The translations under genes and the position numbers were made by a program. A DNA stretch of 64,000 bases from Laetmonice hystrix (Eukaryota). The stretch spans positions 28,212,001 through 28,276,000 of the forward strand of contig OZ249436.1 of the NCBI GenBank assembly GCA_965235115.1. The letters are read 5' to 3'. Shown one piece after another: positions 53,101 to 63,410 of this stretch (its first letter is position 1; every line of letters begins with the position of its first letter). The notes beneath the pieces are model-generated. The model was not told the origin of the DNA. It did no database searches and saw nothing but the letters and a program-made list of their open reading frames with translations.

Positions 53101-55647
53101 CTCCCTCGGGGATCTGGAACCGGTGAGAAACGGTTTTGATAAATTTCTCTTCAATATACGTACGACCGTCAATCACGTGAGGGAATTCAATGGAATCGTT
53201 TTGGCCGACAAATTTCGCAAGGAACCCAGAAAGACAGCGTTCTATAATATGACACCAAGTATCATATCAATACATGATGGCATTTCTAGTTGGTCTAGTG
53301 CCTGAACAGCTAGATTATGCCACTTCAACTAACTTTTGAATTTACTTTAAACAAACAGAGACAGAGAGATAGAGACAGCGACAGAGAGGTAGAGCTAGAG
53401 ACAGAGAGACAGAGAGAGGTGGAAGCACAGGAGAAAGAAGGAATGACAGAAACCTTGAAGGTAAGCCCAGGGCAGAGAGATATTTCAGCACAGGTCAACT
53501 TACATCATCAGGCAGGACTTCAATCTGTAGCTCAGCCGACGTCTCCATATCAGCAAATACTACTTGGCGAGTTGTAATGTTAACATCAGTGCCCGGAGTT
53601 GCACTGTCAACTGGTGGTTCTTCAAAAACCTAAAGAAATACTTCAATATAGTAAAGGGTTCTTTCAGAAAATCTTATTAACTCATTTAAATTGTATCTTT
53701 AAACTATCATTAGGTGTCGTTTCCCCCGCTTTACACCACACAGTTGTTCTAGCAACAGTCTATCTTTTGAAAACTTAAACAATGAAACTGAAACTTACAA
53801 CGTTGAGAATGACTTCACCAAACATTCCTCCTTCTCTTACTATGGTGAAGTTAGCAAGCCTTAAATGATACGGCGCATCGGGAGGGGGTTCTCTGACAAC
53901 CACAGGGTTGGCCTTCAACAGACACAGTTATCATTACTTGCTATATATGTGTATAGTTTCTACAAACATGTTGCAAGGATTTATTTTCTTTTGGTACTGG
54001 GCTTATCTTTCTACTACACTTACCATTCCATTTATAAAGGAGAATTCACCAAATGCGTCATCGCTGGCTGCTATGGTGATGGTTCCTGTGTACTCTGGGG
54101 CACGCCTACCATCGCCATCACCGACGATGATCACCTCAAATGTAAATACCTCTGCATTCTCTGCATCATCGTCATCGTGGACGGTGAAATATACATTTGT
54201 GTTTCTTCGCCCATTGCCAGGTCCTATGGGCGCTAAGGCATTGGTGATTTCAAAATCGTTCCCACCGTGCGCATTTGCATTGGTTATCTTAGGGATAAAA
54301 TAGAAGTCATGAGCACATTTCTGTAACTGGCAGTTAGGAGGAAATCCGTTAAATGGAGAACCACTCTTGGATTTTGAATGAACCCTCAAGAGGAGAATAT
54401 GTCTGTAGGCCTACCCTTGTAGTCCAAATTATGATAGAGTAAATTATAGTAAATTGTATAGTAAATTTAGCATTAATCATGATTCGACTATAAAACACGA
54501 TGACGGAACACAACCAACTGTTTATGTTGAAAATCAGTCATCCATTGCAATAATTTCAAAACCAAGGTCTTTATTTTACAGACGACATCTTGGCCTTACA
54601 TGTCATATCCTATTCATTATATAATATTACTATTAGGTACTTTTCATAAAACCTGCAATTAACGTTGGTTTCCTTCTTATATACGTCCCTGTCTAATGTT
54701 TGACTACCAGAGACACAATCAAACAAGTGATCAGAGTGTGGTCTCTCCCAAACACTGATCCCTCAGTTGACCTTTCCCTGATAACTCCATCCCCTTTGAT
54801 CCATGTCATTTCAACACCTTCCCTAATTGTTCTCGGATCCAAGCAACCCGAGCTGTCAGTTGCACGCGAGCCTATTTACCATCGCATTAGACGAAGCCAG
54901 TTTTAACCTAGCTGACCTTTGAACCGGACAGCAGGAGCTGACAGCCACGACCAACCAACGAGCTGCCACTCCCTGGTTTATAGACTCTTTCTAGGCGACC
55001 GGATGGGGACGTAACCGCTTCAAAAGCAGTCCATTCAGACATTCACTGCACTGCTTAATCCAGTACAATGGTTCATACTTTTTTACTCGCTTTTTAAAAA
55101 GGATCTGACCCACTAAGGCGATTTTCCTTGCGACGTCCATGGGATTTTGACATCACCCTTTTATTTTACTGTAATTTTGAGATTAAAGGATGGAACCCAT
55201 TTCCTGAAACGTAGAAGGCCGGTCAGAAAAGATTTCAAAGTGAAATTCCACCATTAAATCAAAAATCGCATGGCCGTCGTCCGGGTAATCGCCTTAGTGG
55301 ATCAGGTCCTTGGATCAGGCCCTTTATGTATGATTGCAGGAAGAACTGACACGTGACCAGGATATTGTTTGCAATACCTAACATACATGTACAACAAACA
55401 GAACGGAGCACCTGACAAACACCAGACTGATTAATCATTTCTTTAATCCAACATCACCTACCCTAACAGCAACCAGGATTGTGGATGTAGCGGCGCCAGT
55501 GATGATGAGTTCAATACTGAACGTTTCACCCTCCAAAACTTCATAGTTGGTCTTGGCCAGACGGACATCGGCAGTGCCCCGACACTGACCGGTCATACTG
55601 ATCATCACAGCCAGAACCAGCGTTAAGACACCGTTACAGGGCCTCAT
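34988..55647 (-). CDS. ADGRV1: ADGRV1/GPR98/VLGR1-like adhesion GPCR, N-terminal ~1,760 aa in 27 exons (signal peptide, Calx-beta repeats, LamG/pentraxin-like domain); 3' part not found in window
   Basis: Hand-spliced GT-AG exons with matching phases: 55462-55647, 54024-54287, 53799-53912, 53504-53629, 52964-53113, 52108-52824, 51710-51821, 51180-51326, 50783-50931, 50129-50264, 49451-49665, 49026-49211, 48613-48763, 48085-48281, 47585-47708, 46902-47159, 44798-44927, 44102-44322, 42697-42905, 41776-41938, 41210-41427, 40432-40556, 40020-40148, 39467-39681, 38695-38936, 37463-37717, 34988-35125. Repeated Calx-beta signatures (GxxxFxxG, DDxxPExxExFxxxL, IxxNDxPxGxF). LamG segment FTISTWIQP...DGEWHHILVTV...FYVDG...FTGYMQDVRIF sits among the Calx-beta repeats, as in ADGRV1. 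Confidence 0.9.
35309..35890. mobile_element. TTAA-flanked MITE (Kolobok-like)
   Basis: TTAA|AGGGAAATGTGAGTGTTC ... GAACACTCACATTTCCCT|TTAA; right end is locally duplicated (35803-35838). Confidence 0.85.
36174..36375. repeat. ~34-bp minisatellite x 6
   Basis: Unit GGTG(A/G)TCGAGCAGGACAATG(A/G)ACCCTC(T/C)CCCTTT. Confidence 0.95.
37463..37717 (-). CDS. ADGRV1: ADGRV1-like exon 26
   Basis: IDDDQPEVEEVFLVLLTGAQSSDGEAGSTATSGASIDP...ANDYPNGLLRFS. Confidence 0.9.
37738..38292. repeat. 47-bp minisatellite x ~12
   Basis: Unit GGATGGTAGGTGTGTCAGTTTGTCTGGTACAGAGACATTGTAAGGCC. Confidence 0.97.
38695..38936 (-). CDS. ADGRV1: ADGRV1-like exon 25
   Basis: MKNDNANGLFGL...CTVDRTRG...DFVNTTGEVIFQPGQREN. 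Confidence 0.9.
39467..39681 (-). CDS. ADGRV1: ADGRV1-like exon 24
   Basis: EMKELFTTPAKADLRPISGYVTFPAG...DDNEEEPSEAFAVRLIAARGGARLS. Confidence 0.9.
40020..40148 (-). CDS. ADGRV1: ADGRV1-like exon 23 (LamG/pentraxin-like)
   Basis: DGLGVLVAGARWPGADFFTGYMQDVRIFNRKL; phase 2 to 2. Confidence 0.88.
40432..40556 (-). CDS. ADGRV1: ADGRV1-like exon 22 (LamG/pentraxin-like)
   Basis: NTQSVNTQVIKNLEDGEWHHILVTVASGFTDFYVDGERIGS; not in the ORF track. Confidence 0.88.
40606..40838. repeat. 24-bp (2 x 12 bp) minisatellite
   Basis: Alternating ATCAAAATTACG and ATCAAAATAGG(C/G/T) units. Confidence 0.95.
41210..41427 (-). CDS. ADGRV1: ADGRV1-like exon 21 (LamG/pentraxin-like)
   Basis: FTISTWIQPLTDTSGFILAK...HYAL. 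Confidence 0.88.
41776..41938 (-). CDS. ADGRV1: ADGRV1-like exon 20
   Basis: VAWEVFSYPVGGLDVLPAPTDLLFYGTFP...ALYFSGCP. Confidence 0.85.
42257..42652. repeat. Local ~100-bp direct duplications
   Basis: ATTTTCAAATCACAATG..CGCTGTATCTGCC occurs three times; GGTTCTCCACCA.TGGTCCGGATGTG occurs three times. Confidence 0.85.
42697..42905 (-). CDS. ADGRV1: ADGRV1-like exon 19
   Basis: GPGEVVGSVAP...QNDDPSGVFTF...VAED...IYRRQGTVGEVM; phase 1 to 0. Confidence 0.88.
43112..43501. mobile_element. TTAA-flanked MITE (Kolobok-like) with ~90-bp imperfect TIRs
   Basis: TTAA|AGTGG...AAATTCCT...GATAAGCGAAAGTAT matches the reverse complement of ATACTTTCGCTTATC...AGGAATTT...CCATT|TTAA. Confidence 0.8.
43667..44128. 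repeat. 33-bp minisatellite x 14 spanning the exon 18 / intron boundary
   Basis: Unit GATGACATTACCACTA(A/T)TATTGGTGAGCCTGAT; 44102-43673 = 429 = 13 x 33. Confidence 0.97.
44102..44322 (-). CDS. ADGRV1: ADGRV1-like exon 18 (3' end ambiguous because 13 in-frame donors extend down to 43673)
   Basis: VRREKGVFGEVQVHW...DFQPSTGNVTFDD...MDNLPEYSEFFIIRLTHIS; first donor G|GTAATG at 44101. Confidence 0.85.
44328..44560. repeat. ~25-26-bp minisatellite x ~9 abutting the exon 18 acceptor
   Basis: Unit AAATAACGCCGTCTACGGTCAGAAC(A). Confidence 0.95.
44798..44927 (-). CDS. ADGRV1: ADGRV1-like exon 17
   Basis: GDVSVYGSDRATIIISASDDASGIFHFTEPYRLSTSEGEPAEF; phase 1 to 2. Confidence 0.88.
46192..46522. mobile_element. 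TTAA-flanked MITE (Kolobok-like)
   Basis: TTAA|AACCATTCACGATTATCTCTTA ... TAAGAGATAATGGTGAATGGCT|TTAA with long imperfect TIRs; a relative lies at ~13400-13700. Confidence 0.85.
46902..47159 (-). CDS. ADGRV1: ADGRV1-like exon 16
   Basis: EPVMRIREP...YRTEDGLATARDADYIPMAGNITF...VVDDTLPEPDEIFYVRLFNPK. Confidence 0.92.
47585..47708 (-). CDS. ADGRV1: ADGRV1-like exon 15
   Basis: IPEGDETFEVILTNATNGASIGTPSTAFITIAANDNPIYFK. Confidence 0.9.
48085..48281 (-). CDS. ADGRV1: ADGRV1-like exon 14
   Basis: ESKGDVIRTVSLTVMRSQGLFRSVTVSW...DLSPQSGVLTFSE...WDDQ. Confidence 0.88.
48613..48763 (-). CDS. ADGRV1: ADGRV1-like exon 13
   Basis: LEAHFTLILEGYGPNPGQIGDRRFIYITIKENDFPYGVIHF. Confidence 0.88.
49026..49211 (-). 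CDS. ADGRV1: ADGRV1-like exon 12
   Basis: EGEGIEISVVRLGGNL...FYSGETEMNATIAAIDDDEAE. Confidence 0.88.
49451..49665 (-). CDS. ADGRV1: ADGRV1-like exon 11
   Basis: GDASAEITFDILPDDIPETDEMFTISL...ENDSPGGIFEF. Confidence 0.9.
50129..50264 (-). CDS. ADGRV1: ADGRV1-like exon 10
   Basis: VTLRLKRSGTKGVADIYWEVQAGDPSSGPIDGDLSPTSGTVRMMP; phase 0 to 1. Confidence 0.85.
50783..50931 (-). CDS. ADGRV1: ADGRV1-like exon 9
   Basis: GVVGFNSPRIG...AANGVIGFENTTMRRVSEPEGNQKTTE; phase 1 to 0. Confidence 0.85.
51180..51326 (-). CDS. ADGRV1: ADGRV1-like exon 8
   Basis: DIFTSDMPAEITLEPRIRTTLLYVAVKENTFLEYGARFQIQLINVTLVS; phase 1 to 1. Confidence 0.8.
51710..51821 (-). CDS. ADGRV1: ADGRV1-like exon 7
   Basis: RMTPPVLRIALERTADSLETVRVAYIVKYIYGDLEKS; phase 0 to 1. 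Confidence 0.8.
52108..52824 (-). CDS. ADGRV1: ADGRV1-like exon 6 (two Calx-beta domains)
   Basis: 239 codons including GTLVFDQGQYNLTIDVTILPDDQPEKEEKFYVVL and IKENDSPQGVF. Confidence 0.92.
52964..53113 (-). CDS. ADGRV1: ADGRV1-like exon 5
   Basis: IPEGDESLYVTL...IPANDDPIRFHQ; CAG/GTGAG boundaries. Confidence 0.85.
53504..53629 (-). CDS. ADGRV1: ADGRV1-like exon 4
   Basis: VFEEPPVDSATPGTDVNITTRQVVFADMETSAELQIEVLPDD; TTTAG/GTAAGT boundaries. Confidence 0.85.
53799..53912 (-). CDS. ADGRV1: ADGRV1-like exon 3
   Basis: ANPVVVREPPPDAPYHLRLANFTIVREGGMFGEVILNV; AG/GTAAGT boundaries; not in the ORF track. Confidence 0.85.
54024..54287 (-). CDS. ADGRV1: ADGRV1-like exon 2 (Calx-beta)
   Basis: ITNANAHGGNDF...VHDDDDAENAEVFTFEV...IAASDDAFGEFSFINGM; donor GTAAGT. 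Confidence 0.85.
55100..55310. mobile_element. Small MITE with ~50-bp imperfect TIRs
   Basis: AGGATCTGACCCACTAAGGCGATT ... AATCGCCTTAGTGGATCAGGTCCT. Confidence 0.7.
55462..55647 (-). CDS. ADGRV1: ADGRV1-like exon 1 (ATG and signal peptide)
   Basis: MRPCNGVLTLVLAVMISMTGQCRG-TADVRL...VAVR; acceptor TTTACAG just 5' of the ATG; donor AGG|GTAGGT. Confidence 0.75.
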
Positions 55648-58600
55648 CTCTGTAAACCACCAATATATGTGTGTAGTATTCATGTACAAATCTACTTAAA
55701 ACTTAAAGGTAGATAAAAAAAATATAACAATGCACGCCTAATCTACATTTCGTTAAAAAAAATTCTAATGACTTTGTTTGTCTCAAAAACCTCCAAGTAT
55801 CATATCTTCAGTGTTCTTGAAAAGAAATTAACGTCAACAATTCAGTAATTACTTTATTATGTAGAAAGCGTTTATTAGTCTGTTATTACATTTTACACAA
55901 AGATATATACTTTACAACACATGTTAATGCAATAAAGAAATATGTCCATTTTGAAGTCCTGATGAGTAATAAGTGAATTCAGAATAATAAGTATTATTTA
56001 ATTATTTAATATATCAGTTTTAAAATTGCATGTTGTTCATCTGTAAGTAAGGTTTTCGGCCAGGGTAATCAGACAACCACACTCAAATTTGGGCCGCTAT
56101 CCTCAAATTACCCAGGGATAAATTCTTATAGTAGGTATAACTAGGTCCACTCATAGTCCAGCCGCCGGCCATCGCCTACTGAATGACGGAGACCATTGTA
56201 TGGATTGTTACTCCGAAAAATCCTTGGCTTCAGACACTGAAACTTGAATAACCATGATCCCTATTTCGGTTTTGGGTATTCATTAACAGAAACACTATAC
56301 ATTCGCGGATCCAGAGTGGAGTTGGGGGCGAAGGGTTGGGGAAGGGTTGATATCCTCTTTGGCAACCATTTTTTCCTTTTTCTTAACAGAATTTTCTGAA
56401 CACACCCTGCCCCTTCCAAAATTATGGATCTGCCCCTGCTCAGTTAGTATTTCACTTACCCCAAATGCCAACCATGTAATAGATATTGCTACAAGTTGCT
56501 CACCCACAATTGCATGTCTGGTGAACGGTGCGACTATTGACAGGCAGTCCACTAAGTGTTCTACCCCATCTGTCAGCCTGTCAGTCTATTACCAGTTAGT
56601 GGGATATAGTAAACAAACCAGTCGGGCATTCAATCTGTCATCTCCCAACTTCCTACACCATCAGCGCGGAACCATATAATGCTGGGATCAGATTGGGGAG
56701 CCAATCCATTAGCAATCCAAGTGCATACATTACAAAAGTTTAAACTCGTTGTGCAGACAGGCAAGAAAGTATGGGGGTAGGCTTTTTTGAAGAAAAAAAT
56801 TAATCCGAAAACTTTTGGGTGGAAGTTATTAGTTTATAGGGGAGCCCCCCCCCCCCCCCGCCCGCCCCCCCCAAAAAAAAGAAGGTTATAGCAGGAAACC
56901 GTGGTATGCAAGTTTTCAGGCTCGTCATAAAAGTTAGACAGTGTTATGGAACTATTTGGTGTCTCTTAGGAATTCACTGATCCATACTTTTCTTGATGTC
57001 AGCCCTCCTTGATACTGTTGTAAATTAAGGCTAGTTGGTAAATAATTGATTAAGTCTTGAATTAAGTCAGCTCTCGGGCACGGCAACATCTGTTGTTATG
57101 GCCGTAGCATCGGCCAGTTCATCTAAGCTATACATGCGATCCTTTCAGTGGCTTGTGTGTGAAAACTTGTACCTACACCTGAGTCATACATGTTTCTGGT
57201 TACAAGTACAAGTATTACAACATCGCGATCAGTGACTTCTTGATCACAACGACATGAACAGCAAATCATCATAGAACAAAAAATAAGGAGTTAACGATCC
57301 CCTTGAACTGTGTGCTGAGGGCGGTTGTCTTTAGAAAGTACGGGCCTATCCATGACGTCGTTCATCACAGAATTATAGAATGCAACTACTAGATGAAATA
57401 TATTGCAATCAGTTATCATGGAATTTTGCCTTCTAATTGCCACGATTTTATCACACGTAGGAACGTATCAAATTTCAGGTGTACATACCTCTTCAAACAG
57501 GTTTTTTTAAAGTGGGCAGCAGCCGCATATTATTTAATTACTCTGTTCGATAAGTGCCTACTTTTTCTTTCATTTAAAATCTTTGGAATCATATCAATTC
57601 CCTCTAATTGAACAGGTCGAATCAGAGGGAATTTCCCTTATTTTCAAAACATTATTAATATGCACGGGCGGTCGATCTTTACCCAACCGCTAAAATGAAA
57701 TACCGGTACATCTAGTGCGTTATAGTATAGATATGTCTAGATTGCTGGGTAATTTTGAAGCAGGCGCACTCTTAGTTGTACGTATTTACTTGGACTGTCA
57801 TGCTATAGGTATAACAAGTGAGCAATATCAGCAGAAAGAACTCTGCCAGATTACAACAGAAAACCCCCGTGTCAAGCCTGTAAATGTACGCCTGGGGTAC
57901 CTAGGGAATTCAGTGCATGCCATTCGTGTTGGCTGTGCGAACTGCCTGAATCTCAAATTTGTGATTCATTTGATGAATAATAACCTGCTCTTCTTACAGC
58001 TTTCATAGTTTGTAGAGTTTCAAACGTATGTCTTACTTTTTCCTATTTCATTCAGAATTATACAAATAATGTAAATGAGAGCTTGAACAAATTAAAATAT
58101 CGTGCATACTTCAATTTCCTAAACCATAGCACCAGTTAATTTCCTAAGTCAAACAAATCGAATTAAAAAGAAAATGTTGTTGAACCTGAACAGTCGTCAC
58201 ATGAATGAAAACATCTTAAGATTAAAGTAACTTTTACCATTTTGAATGTTTGCTATAGGCAAGTTCATAAAATATCCCCTTTTATCTGTTTTTATCCCCA
58301 CTGGTGACATTTCGGTGGGTAGGTAGTAAAAAAAAGTCTGATTACTTATGCAAACTAATTCTAAAGATCTGATCACAAAAGCAGCACAATAATTATACTT
58401 TATCTGCTGGAGACAACGAACCACTTTGCAGGAACGACGTTAACCAGCATATTTTATTTACAAGTCTATTTTACGTTTCCTTTATTCCCCCTACACCTGA
58501 CTTTACTTTGCAAACTGGCGTAAATATCATAAAAATAATGATAACTTGCATGTCCATGTGACTTTATATAGATAAAACTGTATATAAAGGACAGAAACTG

Positions 58601-61600
58601 TCTGTTCATCGGCAATCAATTATTGCCATGATAATAACTCGTCTACAGAACAGAAATAGTTACATCTATTACCATGGCAACATAATTAGTGACCCAAATA
58701 GAAACCGTGTCAAGCTGGTCACGGTCCATGGCCCCAATGAGCCCGCTTGATAAATCAATAAATGCACCGTAAAACTGTTCCCTTCATTCCTTTACCACTT
58801 GTGTTTCTGCCGTTTCTACTCTTAGGCAACTCTCGGAAACAGTACACAGATGTACTGTTGTAAGTGATGCCTACACTATTGGTGCATCCCCCGGCACTGG
58901 GCACCCCAGGTGGAGTGCCAGGGGAGAGGACCACTGACCAACAATTAAAGCTGTGTAAACATATGGCCTGGCACTCCATTTCGGCGTGGGAGAGGTAATC
59001 TCGGGTCGTTTGAAAGCTAGAGTGTCTGGTTGCACCACCAGGGATTCCGCTGATGCAGTGCGAACTGGCCCTTACCAGATCAGGAAATTTAATTAATTTA
59101 CTGAACACAGGTATTTCTGGAGGTGATAATGATTTTACCGGAGCTATGACTGGGGAGCATCCCATTGACACCCAAACTAAAGTAGTGGGGTGTCAGAGGC
59201 TGGGCAGACAATAGCCAGGTGGGTGGGGCGGGGGGGGACCATAGCGATGCCTTGTGACTCACCACATGTTTCCTCGGAGGTCAGGTAAGGGAATGAAGTG
59301 CCCTGAACTGACAGATGGCCCGAGGTGTCATGCATCAGTGATCCGCGAGTATTTCCAATAATGTTGATGAGAACAGATGCTCAAACAACAGAAAGTCACC
59401 CAAAATGGAATGAAATAGAGATCTATCACTATAAGCCAAGATACCGTGTCTTCAGAAGTACAGGTTATACAGCTTGGGTGCATTTTGGGTTATACAACAG
59501 TTACTTATTTTTCAAGTAGGCCGCCTAGGCCCTACTTAATAAAAGCAAAGGATTTTACTATTTATCATCCTAGGTGTACACTTATCAGACTCCGATAGCT
59601 ATAGAGTGCTGACGGTAAACCGTCCAGGATAGAGCCATGCCAAGCGGCCGCAGCTATAGCATGATGCTCCTCCTCATCAGGTTCTGGGCGTTCAGGCGTG
59701 ACCACCTGCTGCAGACCGCCCTCGGTGCACCAAACCGCGACATAGCCCCAGACTGTGAGACATGGTCTAAGTGTTTATCCCACACCATGGGACAAGTTAT
59801 GTAACCGAATTATCGTTATGTTTCATCATTCATAGGCTATACTATTGAGCATCTATATTCAAACTTACAACAATCCTAGGCCGGCCTACAACAAGCGACA
59901 GTAGGCCTAGTAGGGTAAAAGTAATCATGTATCTGGGCCTACATGCATAGGGCCTACTTCAGGTCTAACTCTTCCTCTCTCAACTCTATGGGGCCTATAG
60001 ATCTACTATAGGCTGTAGACTAGTCTCTAAAGAAGAATAGATCACACAATCTCCCGATTCTGATATTTCCATGTGGTGTAGGCGGCTGTTACTAGTGTTA
60101 GTAGTCTATCACAAGAATATTTTGCATATAATGCCGCTATGTATAGATTTACACGTTCTTTATGAGGGATTCATACCTGCTGGCGGGTTGGTTCTTAGTG
60201 TGTGCAAACTTCGGCCAGAAGGGCCTACTGCAGGCTGAAAGTCTAGCTTACCTCACTCCACTTTGCTGGCAGTCACGGAATATGTTTTCTTTTTGCCCGT
60301 TTTAGCAGCGTTCTCGGTACTCTTCTAGTCTTTGAATGACTTGATGCTCCCAAAATATGTGCTTAAGTTCTGTATCTTTAACTCCTTCATGAGTTGGGCC
60401 ACGTACGTTTCAGATAGGAGTTTAAATCCTAGTGCTTGCAATCATCATCCCACAAGAACGTGCGGCAGAAACCGCTTACAATATCGTTCTAAATAATTAA
60501 GTGGCCGGTTGATTGGGGCCACGCGTGGCTGTTGCTGGACCGGTGGCCGGCAAACGAGCAAAGTGCAGGTGCTGCCCTCTATTGGCCGTGTAATGTTAAC
60601 CAGTGCCCGACAGAGGCGTGTAAAAATGCTTTCCGCTAATATTATCGTACTACTCGAGTGTCGAGCTTGCCAGCGTCTTTTAAAGCATGCAAAAGTTCTA
60701 TTTTCATAGTTGCTTGAAATAACATTTTGAATTTGGGCTAAATCCACAATCCACAGTTTGCAAACGCTGCTCGGCGAGTGCACGTGACATGGCACTACAC
60801 GACTAACTTCATCGGCCGCCGCCAGGCGCCCGGCCCCCTAGCGGGAGTACAGTGAAGCAGTCCTTACGTAAACGGCAGTGCATGTCGTTAAAACCATTCA
60901 CGACATCTCCACGCCAATAACCGTTTTCTGGCACAACATGGCTTGCATGTTAACTGGGACCAGAGAAGACGTGTAGCACCGAGAGAATTTTTCATGATTT
61001 ACGCAACCATTTCTGCAGTAAGTCCATAGACAGACGGGAGGAACGGTAGAATTCGTATTTGCTTAACTTAAACGACTCGTAACAGAGATGATTCTCGAGG
61101 TTGAGAGTGAGCTAATCGATCGCCTGAGTCAGGGTTACACTCGCGCGCTCAGCCAGCCTCGGCGTCAGTCGCACCCGTCAACGTCAAATTCATACAAAGC
61201 CAAAGGCAAATCCAAAGATTTGGCACTGACAATAACATTAACATAGCCTACATACAGGGCAGTGGTTCTCAACGGGGACGATACCGCCAATGTTCCGGCT
61301 CTAGAGGCCGAGTGGCCCGTTTGGATGGGTTGTAGTAGTAGTAGTGTTTTTTAGCCTTGGGCTTGCCCTTGCCCCTTGGCCTAGTTTGCGGCTTGGCCTT
61401 GGGTAGAGTCTAGGTTTGGCAGTGCCAGTGTTTCATGGTTTATTTTGCCGGCATAATATGGATGGGTCATGTGACTGCAATAAATAGTGGACTCCTATTG
61501 GGTGATGTTTTCCTGCAAAAAAGTGGAATAACCGGAACTAATGCACTTTAAGGGTCGCTACTTTTTGGCGCTAAAGAAGAACGTTCGCTGGTTGTCAAGG

Positions 61601-62211
61601 CCATGTATATATGAAGGCCGCCAGGTGGCAAGTCAAAATATTCCAGAGGCATTTTAGGACATTTTTGAGGTCATTTTTGAATTCCTCGTGTGAAAGTATG
61701 GTTAATACGCAGTATTAACCTGGATTTGAATCAATAGTACGTACATTGCATGTGGAAGCTTTTCTCTGCTGCTGAAAATATGAGGTGAGAACAAGGCCTG
61801 CCGGAACTACTTGCAGCACTTGTTAGACTCTGTCTGTGGCCCACTGTCTGTGTGCATGAACCGAGCGACTTGTATGCTTGGTCTAAACTCTATTTTAATG
61901 ACGTCACAAACGAAACGTATCTACTTAACCCAGAAAGACCTACATAAAAGTATATTTAATTTGGTGGATCGACAAGCAAAATGTAAAATAGGGTTGTCTG
62001 ACACACTTAGCTTTGGCTTAGCCTGGCTTAGCCTTAGGCTAGCTTAGCTTAGGACCTATGTTTAGACTAGGCCAATACTCGGTATACTAGATCTAGCGCT
62101 ATATTATAGACGATCTAGTTGAGCAATAGAGCCAAGGCCTACACCTACAGACACTAGAAATAGAATGTAGACAGTGCATGGACGAGGATGTATTGTGTTA
62201 AAGTTTGCATT

Positions 62212-62417
62212 GTGGTGGGGGAAATCCCCCACACCCCCTAGGCTAGGGCTAGGCTTTATTAACGATCAGAGAATAATTGTGTGGGGGAAATCCCCCACAC
62301 CCCCTTTATTAACGATCAGGGAATGATTGCATCTAACTGTGTGGGGGAATTCCCCCACACCCCCTTTATTGAGAATGATTGCAGTATCTGGGTGGGGGAA
62401 ATCCCCCACACCCCCTC
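62212..62417. repeat. Four tandem copies of a hairpin-forming element
   Basis: GTGGGGGAA(A/T)TCCCCCAC(ACCCCC) about every 60 bp; the fourth copy has one fewer G. Confidence 0.9.
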
Positions 62418-62479
62418 CTATCAACCATACTATTAAGATATAGTTCCTAATCTGGCGTAGGAATATTATGATTTTTTTT

Positions 62480-63170
62480 AAACGCCATCTTGGATTTAGC
62501 CGCAACGTCTTTCTCAGCAGTGGAAATGCATGTTCAACATACGAAATTAGGATGTTTACGATTGATGTGAAATAGTAGGTTAGTAAAGTAGTGTCTAAGA
62601 ATCATGCAGGTAGAATTTGGTTGCATTGGCTGTAGTATAAATGTGATAAAATCTGGTTAGAAAAGTCGAATCGAGGATCGTCGGACAGGACAAGGGGCGG
62701 GGCTTGTTGCCAAGAAAAATTCCTATGGAACGTATGACGTGATGCAAGTTTTGGCGGGACCAGCGACCCTTAAAGTGCATTCTACCCGAATAACCTAATA
62801 TGATTTGGGTGCTACCCAGGGGCGAGCGCAGTTTTATTTAGCCTAGCTACTACAGTTATGTTTCAGCTTTCCATAGCCGTATAGTCATTGATAATAATAC
62901 GCCGGCCCGGGTGTCTGCCAAGTCAGGCCAAAGAATCTAGAGAAAACGTCAGCGCCGGGAGTAACAGGTCACTTAGCAACGCCCATTGTCGTCTTATGAC
63001 GACCATGGTTATATTGTCACGTCACAGTATGGAATAAGCATGTGTTGATATTGTGACGTCACAGTGGAAATCAACAGATCGGGTTCTAAATCCACAGTCT
63101 AGCTGGCTACGTTTTCCACCATTTTCACTTCGGTCAAGCAGCCGTAAACGGGAGCGATTGGCCGTTACGT
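62480..63170. promoter_or_regulatory. Candidate promoter-like motif cluster
   Basis: YY1-like CGCCATCTT (62483), GC-box GGGGCGGGGC (62694), X-box-like GTCACTTAGCAAC (62968), CRE TGACGTCA (63054), inverse CCAAT (~63157), and locally frequent CpG. Confidence 0.4.
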
Positions 63171-63210
63171 TTCCGACAGGCGATTTGACGTGAATAGTAG
63201 GTAGAATCAA

Positions 63211-63410
63211 ATGGAAAAATCACTAAATGTTTGGAATCTGTTTATAGAAGTGGCAGATAAGGAAGCGGTTTGTAGATTCCCATGCATTTGGGAAATTTGA
63301 ATTTCGATGCAGTGCAATTTAAGCCAATGAGATTGCTCCGATTTTGCCGGCTCCGTAATACCACCAAAACCTCCACAGATTTCCATATCCAATCGATGCA
63401 CGGTATGCAG
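63211..63410 (+). pseudogene. Degenerate BED zinc-finger fragment (hAT transposase or ZBED-like remnant)
   Basis: MEKSLNVWNLFIEVADKEAVC..., then after stops and frameshifts ...NTT...HIQSMHG; resembles the BED pattern S.VW..F...A.C..C...TT.L..H....H. Confidence 0.4.
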
